The position numbers and the translations under genes were made by a program. This document shows, one piece after another, positions 1-8,863 of a stretch of DNA of 64,000 nt (positions are counted from its first letter, which is position 1; each line of letters starts with the position of its first letter). The notes under the pieces were generated by a model. The model ran no database searches and was not told where the DNA came from. It saw nothing but the letters and a program-made list of their open reading frames with translations. The stretch is from Thermoproteota archaeon (lineage in GTDB: Archaea; Korarchaeota; Korarchaeia; Korarchaeales; Korarchaeaceae), in NCBI GenBank assembly GCA_026986575.1, contig JALSOH010000006.1, forward strand, positions 96,001 through 160,000. The letters are read 5' to 3'.

Positions 1-704
1 TAACGGTCGAATGGCCTTACTCATGGGTCGACACGATTCTAAATCATATAGTCGAGCTGAATGATCTGGCCAGCTCTCACAACTCCTTTTACCTGATACA
101 CTCCCCTTGGTACTTGGAGGTAGGCCATCCCTACGATGAAGTGAGGAAGGGGGCCCTCAAGGAGGCTTTCAAGGTCTTAGATATCGCCGCCAGACTGGAA
201 TCCCCCTACGCAACCTTTCACCCTTTCACCCCCGGATGGCTAGCCGCCATCAGGGAGAAGGCTAGGGAGTTCAATGTAGTAGGTTTCAGGGAGCTGGTTG
301 CATATTCCAAGGAGAAGGGGGTTCAGGTACTGGTCGAGAACGTGGATCACGGCGCCTTCAGGTCGCCCTCCGATATAAGGTACCTAGTGGATAACGTTCC
401 AGAGCTGTTCGTCACTCTCGATATCGGACACACCTTCCTCAATGGAGGTGTGGATAAGTTGAGATCCTACATAAACAAGCTCGGCAGCGAGATCATGCAC
501 CTGCACGCCCACGACAATGATCTCAACAGAGATCTCCACCTCCCTATAGGGGCTGGCAGAATACCGTGGAACGAGGCTGTTGAGGAGATTAGGTCCTGGG
601 GATACAAGGGTACGGTGACATTGGAGCCTCACGTATCGGACATTGACTACTTAAGGATATCTAGGGACAAGCTCTCATCCCTACTTGAGGCTCCAAGCCA
701 CTAA
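1..704 (+). CDS. Sugar phosphate isomerase/epimerase family (xylose isomerase-like TIM barrel), 5'-truncated by window edge
   Basis: Motifs VENV, LDIGH, HLHAHDN...DLHLPIGAGRIPW, TLE. The frame is open upstream of 114 to the window start. Confidence 0.85.
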   Translation, partial: TVEWPYSWVDTILNHIVELNDLASSHNSFYLIHSPWYLEVGHPYDEVRKGALKEAFKVLDIAARLESPYATFHPFTPGWLAAIREKAREFNVVGFRELVAYSKEKGVQVLVENVDHGAFRSPSDIRYLVDNVPELFVTLDIGHTFLNGGVDKLRSYINKLGSEIMHLHAHDNDLNRDLHLPIGAGRIPWNEAVEEIRSWGYKGTVTLEPHVSDIDYLRISRDKLSSLLEAPSH

Positions 705-1247
705 GCATGTGGCAGAGGTTATCAGAACGGAAACCACTATGCCCAGCAGGATCTGACCAAAGGTGTGGGAGCCCGATCTCCACCTAGACCAAGCTAAAAC
801 GGGGACTAGGGCCATCAGCAACACTCCTAGAGGATAATTCCCTAAGATCATCAAGAAGGCGGCCGGACCAGCCAGACCCGCCATGTGAACACTAACCTTG
901 GTGGCGCAGTGGTTAATCACGGCTACTGCTAGGGTGACCGCCAGATAGGATAGGGAGAGAACGGCCATCGGACATGAGCCCAGTGAAGTAAGCACCACAG
1001 TGGCTACCGAATAGCAGGCTATGGCCTGAGCGAAGAAGGGGCCTCTAGCGTACCTATCCGGGACAAGGATGTCCATCTCCCCCGAGAGGGACTTCCTCAC
1101 AACATTGGCCACGGGACAGATGACGATCAACAAGAAGGACACTATAAGGCTCAAGAGATCTGGGTACATGGCATAGACTCCTAGAGACGAGATGGCTGCT
1201 ATGGTCACCGGTGACAGCAGCAGGGCTATGGCTCTGTGAGTGTCCAT
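681..1247 (-). CDS. Integral membrane protein, PAP2/phosphoesterase-like
   Basis: About six hydrophobic helices; KVSVHM and WSRWRSGSHTFGQILLG resemble PAP2 motifs 2 and 3. Confidence 0.65.
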   Translation of the reverse strand: MDTHRAIALLLSPVTIAAISSLGVYAMYPDLLSLIVSFLLIVICPVANVVRKSLSGEMDILVPDRYARGPFFAQAIACYSVATVVLTSLGSCPMAVLSLSYLAVTLAVAVINHCATKVSVHMAGLAGPAAFLMILGNYPLGVLLMALVPVLAWSRWRSGSHTFGQILLGIVVSVLITSATCLVAWSLK

Positions 1248-1298
1248 CGGTGGCCAATCCTAGGTTGATTTAAAAAAGAGTTTCCCCGCCTAAAACCT

Positions 1299-2153
1299 AT
1301 GAAAACGAAGGTTTCCCTCCTTTACTCACTGAGAGATCCAGCAGGCAGGAACATGGCCTCCAAGATAAGTGAGAGGTTGGGAGAGCAATTCGATTTAAGA
1401 GAGAAGGACATAGAGTTGGTCAGTTTCGAGAGGGAGATTCTCTATGTAAGGAGCTGTGAGGAGCTTGGAGTCTCCGATTTTGACTACGTAGTGGTCCTCT
1501 CTAGGCATAGCGGTACCCCTCACAGACCCATACTCACTGCTCACGTCCCCGGGAACTTCGGTCGGGCTAAGTACGGGGGAGAGTCCTTCAAGCTGGGCGT
1601 AGCAATACCCTCCCTCATGAAGGAGTACCTGATGGCCGCCTCTAAGAGGGTGGATGGGACGGGATATTCTGTGGGATTCGAGCCGACCCACCATGGTCCC
1701 ACCATCGAAAAGCCCATAGCCTTCTTGGAGATAGGCTGTGATGAGAAAGCTTGGAACGACCCTAATGGAATAAAAATGGCAGCGGAATCCGTAATAGAGG
1801 CGCTGGAGAACTGGACCACGGGAAAATACATCCCGACAATAGCCTTTGGTGGTCCACATGTGAACGACCACTTCACTAGGGTGGAACTCACGACTAAGTA
1901 TGCGATCGGCCACACAGCGAGGAAGCTAGATGCTGGCTGGGTTGACATCACCATGGTGAGGCAGGCGATCGAGAGGAATGGAGAATCGCCTGAAATTGCC
2001 ATAGTCGATAACAAGGGTTTGAAGGGAGAGGATCGGGAGAGGATAGAGGCGGCTTTAAGGGAGATCGGGCTGAGGACGGTCAGGGTAAAGAAGCTCCTGA
2101 GGGAGGGAGTTGAGGTCGAGGAAGCGCAGGGGGGTCAGGAGGAAGAGGTATAG
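1299..2153 (+). CDS. dtdA: Archaeal D-aminoacyl-tRNA deacylase (DTD2/GEK1 family)
   Basis: Motifs DPAGRNM, LSRHS, LTAHVPGNFG, FEPTHHGPT, FLEIG, FGGPH. Confidence 0.92.
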   Translation: MKTKVSLLYSLRDPAGRNMASKISERLGEQFDLREKDIELVSFEREILYVRSCEELGVSDFDYVVVLSRHSGTPHRPILTAHVPGNFGRAKYGGESFKLGVAIPSLMKEYLMAASKRVDGTGYSVGFEPTHHGPTIEKPIAFLEIGCDEKAWNDPNGIKMAAESVIEALENWTTGKYIPTIAFGGPHVNDHFTRVELTTKYAIGHTARKLDAGWVDITMVRQAIERNGESPEIAIVDNKGLKGEDRERIEAALREIGLRTVRVKKLLREGVEVEEAQGGQEEEV

Positions 2154-2472
2154 AACCCCCTTCTTCTTCGATAGAACGGTCCCTAGAGACCTCTATTTCT
2201 CCATACAGAGGAGACTGAACTATCTAGGATATGGAGCCGTCTGGCAGCCAAGAAGCGCGGTTAAGGGCAGGAATAGGGATATAAGGGAGATACTAGACTA
2301 CTGCGTGGCTAGGGGGATTAAACTCTACATCACGTTTTCAAGGAGAATTACCATTCCACCCGAATATGAAAATAAAATAAAAATAATTAGGCTTAAAGGT
2401 GGTAAAAAGAAAACTGTAAATAAGATTTTAGCTATATTATTTATGGAGCTTGCTTCTAGGGAAAAGAATTAA
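2110..2472 (+). CDS. Small basic protein, possible degenerate PIN-like (DUF5615/Mut7-C) fold
   Basis: FFFDR...LNYLGY...DIREILDYC...LYITF pattern resembles DUF5615. Very K/R-rich. Confidence 0.45.
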   Translation: MRSRKRRGVRRKRYRTPFFFDRTVPRDLYFSIQRRLNYLGYGAVWQPRSAVKGRNRDIREILDYCVARGIKLYITFSRRITIPPEYENKIKIIRLKGGKKKTVNKILAILFMELASREKN

Positions 2473-2512
2473 TAAACCGATGGCCCATTGAGCTTGGGGA
2501 GGATATAGGGAA

Positions 2513-2827
2513 TTGCTGAGTTTCCGGCCTTCCGAAGATGAGGAAGGTGAAAGTAGACGTATCGTAGTCAGGAGACTTGTATTGGATGTAGTAAAGCCAC
2601 ACAACCCTAACATAGTCGACATGGCCGAAGGGCTCTCCGAACTGAAGGGAGTCAAGAAGGTGGATATAGAGGTGAAGGATTACGACTCCACGATCGAGAG
2701 GCTGAAGATAATCTTGGAAGGAGACGACCTAGACTACGATGAGATAGTGAAGGTGATTAGGTACTACGGGGGGAATGTGGCGAGCCTCGATGGGGTTACG
2801 GTCGAGACCGAGTCTGGATCGGAGTGA
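2513..2827 (+). CDS. DUF211 family protein
   Basis: VRRLVLDVVKPHNP...GVKKVDIEV...LKIILEG.DLDY...GGNVASLD signature. Confidence 0.85.
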   Translation: MLSFRPSEDEEGESRRIVVRRLVLDVVKPHNPNIVDMAEGLSELKGVKKVDIEVKDYDSTIERLKIILEGDDLDYDEIVKVIRYYGGNVASLDGVTVETESGSE

Positions 2828-4142
2828 GTTCAGGTTCTATCTGGAGACCCACGGCTGCTCAATGAACAGATCAGACTCTCAAATAATGGAGAGCCTACTC
2901 AGGAGAGCGGGCTGGGCTAGAGTGGATAGACCAGAGGAAGCTGACATTCTCATTCTGAACACCTGCAACGTGAAGACGCCCACGGAGCAGAGGATGCTTC
3001 ACAGGGCCAAGGTACTATCCAAGTATGGTCCCCTCATAGCGGCGGGATGCATGGCTAAGTCTCAACCCGAGCTGCTTAGGCCTTACTCTAAGGTCTTGGT
3101 GGCACCCAGATCCATAGACAGCATTGTAGAGGCCGCACTCTTAGCTCTAGAGGGGAGAGAGGGGGAGTTCTTGGAGTGGAAGAGGCTAGATAAGGCCTCA
3201 TATGATAGGGACCCCGCGGACCTAATCGGAATAGTTCCCATCGCCGAGGGCTGCCTAGGTTCCTGCACCTACTGCATAACTGAGCTGGCTAGGGGAGGAC
3301 TGACGAGCTTTCCCAAGGAGAGCATTATCGACAGGGTCTTGGACTTCCTGAGCAAGGGTGCAGTGGAGATCTGGTTGACCGCGGAGGACACAGGAGTGTA
3401 TGGTTGGGACATAGGGACCGATCTACCGGATCTGTTGGACGGCGTCACCTCGCTTGAGGGGGAGTTCAGGATCAGGGTTGGAATGATGACCCCTAACTCC
3501 ACCCTGAGGATTGTTGATAGACTGCTTGACTCATTCGAGAGCCCTAAACTGTACAAATTCTTCCATTTACCGGTTCAGAGCGGCTCAAACAGGATCCTCA
3601 GATTGATGGGGAGGGACTATACGGTAGAGGAGTTCATCTCCCTGGTGAAGCTCATAAGGAAGCGGTACGAGGACTCTACCATAAGCACTGACATCATAGT
3701 TGGATTTCCGGGGGAGATGGAGGACGACTTCCAGCAGACTCTGAGGCTCTTGGAGGAGATAGAGCCGGACTTGGTAAACCTGAGCAGGTTCGGGCCTAGA
3801 CCCAAGACGAAGGCCGCCTCATTACCCCAACTCCCCGCTAGCGTGATCAAGAGGAGAAGCAAGGTGGCGATGAGACTGATAGAGGAGATAAAGGAGAGGA
3901 GGAACGAGAGGTTTTTGGGGAGGAATATGGTAGTACTCGCCTCAGAGATAACTCCCAAGGGGACTCAGGGCAGGACCCCTTCATACAAACCTGTGGCCTT
4001 GGGGCAGGTTGAACCCGGGTACTTCTATGAAGTCATCATCGAGGGCTTCAGGGGCAACTACCTGCAGGGACGGGTTATAAGGAGACTAGAGAGAGCAGGC
4101 CTCGACTTTAACGTCCAAGTCGAGGGGTGCCCGCATAGATAA
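2775..4142 (+). CDS. tRNA methylthiotransferase, archaeal MtaB/MiaB-like (true start probably near 2815-2830)
   Basis: ETHGCSMN, NTCNVK, AGCM (UPF0004 domain); CLGSCTYC radical SAM motif; HLPVQSGS; TDIIVGFPGE; C-terminal TRAM-like domain. Confidence 0.93.
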   Translation: MWRASMGLRSRPSLDRSEFRFYLETHGCSMNRSDSQIMESLLRRAGWARVDRPEEADILILNTCNVKTPTEQRMLHRAKVLSKYGPLIAAGCMAKSQPELLRPYSKVLVAPRSIDSIVEAALLALEGREGEFLEWKRLDKASYDRDPADLIGIVPIAEGCLGSCTYCITELARGGLTSFPKESIIDRVLDFLSKGAVEIWLTAEDTGVYGWDIGTDLPDLLDGVTSLEGEFRIRVGMMTPNSTLRIVDRLLDSFESPKLYKFFHLPVQSGSNRILRLMGRDYTVEEFISLVKLIRKRYEDSTISTDIIVGFPGEMEDDFQQTLRLLEEIEPDLVNLSRFGPRPKTKAASLPQLPASVIKRRSKVAMRLIEEIKERRNERFLGRNMVVLASEITPKGTQGRTPSYKPVALGQVEPGYFYEVIIEGFRGNYLQGRVIRRLERAGLDFNVQVEGCPHR

Positions 4143-4167
4143 GTCCCGTGAAAAAGTAGATGGAGGA

Positions 4168-4536
4168 TCAAGACCTGTCTAACCCACTCTTCACCTCCAC
4201 CGCATTTTGCTGCTTGGGCTTAAACAGCTTGACTAGGGCTTTGTACACATTCCAAGCCCACGTCTCATCTGAGAACCCTACCACATTGACGGTGGCGTAA
4301 GAGTGCTCCGGCCATGTGTGTATGGCCACGTAACCCTTCCTCATCATGAGGAAGCCGCTTACGCCGTACGGCTCGAACTCATGTACGTGCACGTGTACGC
4401 TCTCCTCTCCGACCTCCTCAGCTAACCCCCTCAGCATCTCCTCCATGAGGGAGGGGGAATCCAGTATCTCCCTATCCTCTACATCGTAGAGCTCCGCGAT
4501 CACCTGCGTCTCCTTGGGCTTCACTTCAGAGTTCAT
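4168..4536 (-). CDS. S-adenosylmethionine decarboxylase (SpeD/SpeH class 1B) homolog lacking the self-cleavage serine
   Basis: HEFEPYGVSG...AIHTWPE fold signature, but RKGY occupies the AESH position. Confidence 0.85.
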   Translation of the reverse strand: MNSEVKPKETQVIAELYDVEDREILDSPSLMEEMLRGLAEEVGEESVHVHVHEFEPYGVSGFLMMRKGYVAIHTWPEHSYATVNVVGFSDETWAWNVYKALVKLFKPKQQNAVEVKSGLDRS

Positions 4537-5197
4537 AGCTCTCTCCCGGTTTCAGAGCTATCACTTCGCAGTCCAAACCCTTCTCCCTGAGCAACTCCTT
4601 CAGTTCCTCTGGCCTGCCCTTGAGGACCGGGAATGTCTCGTAGTGCATAGGAATAACCTTCTTCACTCCTAGGAGCTCGATAGCCTTGGCTGCCTCGAGG
4701 GGTCCCATCACGAAGTGACCGCCTATGGGCAGAAGCGCCAGATCTGGCTTGTAAAGCTCACCTATCAGCTTCATGTCGTAGAAGACTCCCGTGTCGCCAG
4801 CGTGATAGATCCTCTTGCCGTCTAACTCTACCACGACCCCAGTAGGGGCTCCAACGGGACTGCTATGGATGGCGGTCGTCAGGGCGATCTTCACTCCATC
4901 CACCTCGAAGAATCCGCCTATGTTAGCTCCTACGGTCTTCTCAACCCCCTTGTTCCCGGCCTCCATAGCGATCTCGTAGATGCTCACTATCGTCCCTCCA
5001 TGGGATTTCGCCAACTTAACGGCGTCGTCTAGACCGTGATCCCCATGAGCGTGCGTCACTACGTAGATGTCAGCTCCCTTACACTGATCTATTGATATAG
5101 GGGATTGAGGATTGCCCTCTATCCACGGATCTATGAGCACCCTCTTACTGCCCTCCAGCAGGAAGGCCGAGTGCCCCAAGAATGTGACCTTGACCAT
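4526..5197 (-). CDS. Metal-dependent hydrolase, metallo-beta-lactamase fold (UPF0173)
   Basis: FLGHSAF, THAHGDH, HSS, YHAGDTG, LPIGGHFVM, IPMHY. Confidence 0.93.
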   Translation of the reverse strand: MVKVTFLGHSAFLLEGSKRVLIDPWIEGNPQSPISIDQCKGADIYVVTHAHGDHGLDDAVKLAKSHGGTIVSIYEIAMEAGNKGVEKTVGANIGGFFEVDGVKIALTTAIHSSPVGAPTGVVVELDGKRIYHAGDTGVFYDMKLIGELYKPDLALLPIGGHFVMGPLEAAKAIELLGVKKVIPMHYETFPVLKGRPEELKELLREKGLDCEVIALKPGESYEL

Positions 5198-5237
5198 CTT
5201 ACCACCCCGCTGGGAGTCCCACGGAAAGAGATAACTC

Positions 5238-5894
5238 TTACTCCCGCCAACCCATCGCGCGCTTCAGCCTCTCTAGGATGCCTCTCCTCCTCTCCCTATT
5301 AGTATCTCTCTCTACCCTCGAGAGGGCTGTGAGGATTTTCGTCCTTATGGAACTCCTCTTCTCAACCCTCAGCATCCCCGCTAGGAAGGCGAAGACGTCG
5401 TCCTTAGACGCGTTCTTTGAGAGGGAAGTTACGAGGGCCTCCCTGACCTTAGGCGATGGATCCTCCCTGAATGTCCTTAGCAGCTCTAAGGGAGCCTCAC
5501 CCTCGTCGAAAAGCTTAGACGCGCACTTGATATATGCCATCCTCACCTCAGGGTTGGGATCCTCGGCCCAGCTCTTCAACAATTCAATGGTCTTCCTGTC
5601 ACATATCTCGCGAAGAACCAGCAGAGTGAGATCCCTTAAGGCTCCATCGATGAGCTGCTCCCTCAGTATATTGAGAAGAGCTTCCTCAGTTAGCTGCTTT
5701 GTAATGTATCCTTCGAGGGCCTCAGCCAATCTGAGCATTTCGGAGACCACGCGCTCGTCACAGACACCTTCCCTCTCACATTCTCTTATAATCTTCAGAA
5801 TAACATCCATCCCATTATCTAAATCTCCGGATAACAAGCGTGAAATTGAATTATACAACACTTGAACGTAATGCTCAAACCTTTCTGAAGCCAT
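5238..5894 (-). CDS. HEAT-repeat protein
   Basis: Repeated DPNPEVR / DPSPKVR / EKRSSIR helical units. Confidence 0.7.
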   Translation of the reverse strand: MASERFEHYVQVLYNSISRLLSGDLDNGMDVILKIIRECEREGVCDERVVSEMLRLAEALEGYITKQLTEEALLNILREQLIDGALRDLTLLVLREICDRKTIELLKSWAEDPNPEVRMAYIKCASKLFDEGEAPLELLRTFREDPSPKVREALVTSLSKNASKDDVFAFLAGMLRVEKRSSIRTKILTALSRVERDTNRERRRGILERLKRAMGWRE

Positions 5895-5956
5895 CTAACC
5901 TAACTGGCGCAAGCGTTTATTATAAGTTGACTCTCACTATCCTGCGGTGATAAAAG

Positions 5957-7699
5957 GTGGTTGTGGAAATACCGGCGCCGCGGTTCATCGAAGTCGATGG
6001 TAGGAAGATTGCAATAGGCGGTCCGCGGCCGAAGCTCAGGGAAGGGGAGAAATTACTCAGACACACATCATCGGTATGTCCCGTTTGCTATAGATTACTG
6101 CCCGCGATCATATTCGAGAGAGATGGGGCCGTCTACATAAGGAAGGAGTGCCCCGAGCACGGAGAGTTCGAGGATCTCTACTGGGGAGATGCTGAGATGT
6201 TCAAGAGGGCCATGGAGTTCGAGGTCCCCGGAAGGGGGATCTATCCCCCCCACACTGAACTCCTCGCCCCATGTCCCTTCTCCTGCGGCATATGCCCAGC
6301 CCACCAGAACACGACGGCCCTAGCGAACCTAGTAGTGACCAACAGGTGTAATCTCGATTGCTGGTACTGCTTCTTCTACGCCGAGAAGGCCGGTTACGTA
6401 TACGAGCCCACCTTGGAGGAGATTGATAGGATGGTAGATCTCCTCATAAAGGAGAAGCCAGCCCATGGGAATGCCATCCAGATAACGGGCGGAGAGCCCA
6501 CCCTGAGGGAGGATCTAGTTGAGATAGTTAAGCTCCTCAGGAGAAAGGGTATCACACACATACAACTCAACACCCAGGGCATCATCTTCGTGGAGAAACC
6601 CGAGCTCATGAGGGAGCTGAGGGAAGCGGGGGTCAATACGATATACATGAGCTTTGATGGGGTCACTCCCGAGGCCAACCCCAAGAACCACTGGGAGATC
6701 CCGTACATACTAGAGGCCGCCAGGAAGGCTGGCATGACGAGTTTAGTGCTCGTTCCCACCGTGATAAAGGGAATAAACGATCACGAGGTAGGTGACATGG
6801 TCAGGTTCGCCGCCTACAATATAGATGTCGTCAGAGGAGTGAACTATCAGCCGGTCTCCCTCACCGGACAGATGCCAAAGGCCGAGAGGGAGAAGTACAG
6901 GATAACTATCCCAGATGTCATAAGGAAGATAGAGGAACAGACAGATGGACAGATATATAGGGAGGCTTGGTATCCGGTTCCGTTCACCGTGGCCGTGAGC
7001 GAGTTCATCGAAGCCGTGACCGGCGAGCCCAAACTCATGATGACCAATCATCCGGCCTGTGGAATGGCTACCTACGTCTTCCCGGTATTCGAGAGGGTCG
7101 ATGGTAAGAAGAGGGTAACCAGATTCATCCCGATAACGGACTTCGTCGATGTAGATGGCTTCTATCAGTTCCTCAAGGAGAAGGCTAGGGAGATCAAGGA
7201 GGAGCGCAAGAATAGGTGGCTCACCCTCCTCAAGGTGGTCGCTAAACTCCCAAGTTTCATTGAGAAGGACAAGCAACCCCCTGGGATAAACCTCATCGGA
7301 ATACTCAGGAAGATAATACTCCAGAGGAGCTATAAGGCGCTAGGGGAGTTTCACTACAAGTCGCTCTTCTTGGGAATGATGCACTTCATGGACCTGTACA
7401 ACTACGATGTCCAGAGGGTGATGAGGTGTGACATACACTACCTCTCTCCTGATGGCAGGGTAATACCCTTCTGCACGTATAACGTGCTCTCCGACCTCTA
7501 CAGGGACAAAATAATCAAGGAGTACTCAATGAGCTTCGAGGAATACGAGCGCAAGTACGGAAAGGGATTGATAGGCGCTGAGAGTAAGTACAGGAGGGAC
7601 ATTCCAAAGCTGGAGAACACTGAGATATACGTAAGGACCTACGAGCCTTTCTTCCACAAGTTCAGAAGGCTCCCCGCCATAGTGAAGAAATCCCAGTGA
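5957..7699 (+). CDS. tes: Tetraether lipid synthase (GDGT-MAS/Tes, MJ0619 family radical SAM)
   Basis: N-terminal CPVC...CPEHG, CPFSCGICPAH, CNLDCWYC, HPACG, FMDLYNYDVQRVMRC...IPFCTYN. Confidence 0.88.
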   Translation: MVVEIPAPRFIEVDGRKIAIGGPRPKLREGEKLLRHTSSVCPVCYRLLPAIIFERDGAVYIRKECPEHGEFEDLYWGDAEMFKRAMEFEVPGRGIYPPHTELLAPCPFSCGICPAHQNTTALANLVVTNRCNLDCWYCFFYAEKAGYVYEPTLEEIDRMVDLLIKEKPAHGNAIQITGGEPTLREDLVEIVKLLRRKGITHIQLNTQGIIFVEKPELMRELREAGVNTIYMSFDGVTPEANPKNHWEIPYILEAARKAGMTSLVLVPTVIKGINDHEVGDMVRFAAYNIDVVRGVNYQPVSLTGQMPKAEREKYRITIPDVIRKIEEQTDGQIYREAWYPVPFTVAVSEFIEAVTGEPKLMMTNHPACGMATYVFPVFERVDGKKRVTRFIPITDFVDVDGFYQFLKEKAREIKEERKNRWLTLLKVVAKLPSFIEKDKQPPGINLIGILRKIILQRSYKALGEFHYKSLFLGMMHFMDLYNYDVQRVMRCDIHYLSPDGRVIPFCTYNVLSDLYRDKIIKEYSMSFEEYERKYGKGLIGAESKYRRDIPKLENTEIYVRTYEPFFHKFRRLPAIVKKSQ

Positions 7700-7705
7700 G
7701 TCAAA

Positions 7706-8863
7706 TTGTACGACGTGGCTGTGGTGGGTGCTGGCCCTACTGGGGCCGCCCTATCTCATTTCCTGACCTCTAAAGGGCTCAAGGTACTCGTCATAGAGAA
7801 GGATCCACAGCCCGGGATTAGAACCATCTGTGGCGAGTATCTGCCCGATCCAAGTTCACTCAGGTTGGAGGGAGACATCGCCTCAGCTTATTTGGGCTTT
7901 TTCGAACCGTTTATCGTACACAGAATGGAAAGGATAGTGATGGAGATAGGGAGCAGGGAATTCGAGACCAATTATGCGGGATACTCTGTCGATAGGAGGG
8001 AGATGATCATCTCTAGGCTAGAGGAGTCCTTGGCGGAGGGAGCCGTCCTCAAAACTGGGGAGGCGTTCATCACGGCTCGGCCCGTGGATGATGTTTACGA
8101 GGTGAGGACATCCAAGGACAAGTACAGGGCGAGGTACTTGGTGGGGGCGGATGGATTCGATAGCAGAGTTGCCAAGCTGATAAACAGAAGTACAGCACTC
8201 AGGTGCGACGATCTTGCGTTAGCCTTCTCCGCTGAGGTCACGATGGAGGTGAACGAGCCTGACGTGATGAGGTTAGTGATAAGCGAGTCTTTGGCACCGG
8301 GTACTTACGCTTGGGTCATCCCTAGGTCCGAGAGTACTGCAAACGTTGGGATTGGTGTCAGGCTCAATATGATCAACGGGTTTGACCCCAAGAGAGCTCT
8401 CAAGGAGCATCTTGCTAGGCTGAATGTAACGGTCGAACCTGAGCTCAGGGGGAGATACGTCCCGGCCGGGGGCATGCTAGGCAAGGTCCAAGAAGGAGGA
8501 ATTTTCATCGCAGGAGACGCGGCCGGCATGACGATTCCCTCCAACGGCGGGGGGATGCATACGGGCATAATAGCCGCATATCTCCTTGCCAGATCGCTGG
8601 CGGATGACAAACCGGAAAACTACGTGCCCTCCGTCGACAGGATAGTTAAGCCGATGGTGGACACGGGCCTCATCCACAGGAGGGCCGCTGACTTCCTGCT
8701 GAGAACTGGTCTCCTGTGGAGGACTCTGAAGTTTCTGCCCCACTCCTTGGTCGAGGAGGTGATAAGGGTGGAGCGCGGGCCCTATTACCCCCTGCTCAAA
8801 CTCCTTTCCTCGCTCTACGGACGGATAAGGGGCAAAGTCTATAGCTATCCAGCTTGTAGATAG
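7706..8863 (+). CDS. Geranylgeranyl reductase family FAD oxidoreductase
   Basis: GAGPTG, ICGE, GADG, PGTYAWVIP, ANVGIG, GDAAG...NGGG; directly downstream of tes. Confidence 0.85.
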   Translation: MYDVAVVGAGPTGAALSHFLTSKGLKVLVIEKDPQPGIRTICGEYLPDPSSLRLEGDIASAYLGFFEPFIVHRMERIVMEIGSREFETNYAGYSVDRREMIISRLEESLAEGAVLKTGEAFITARPVDDVYEVRTSKDKYRARYLVGADGFDSRVAKLINRSTALRCDDLALAFSAEVTMEVNEPDVMRLVISESLAPGTYAWVIPRSESTANVGIGVRLNMINGFDPKRALKEHLARLNVTVEPELRGRYVPAGGMLGKVQEGGIFIAGDAAGMTIPSNGGGMHTGIIAAYLLARSLADDKPENYVPSVDRIVKPMVDTGLIHRRAADFLLRTGLLWRTLKFLPHSLVEEVIRVERGPYYPLLKLLSSLYGRIRGKVYSYPACR

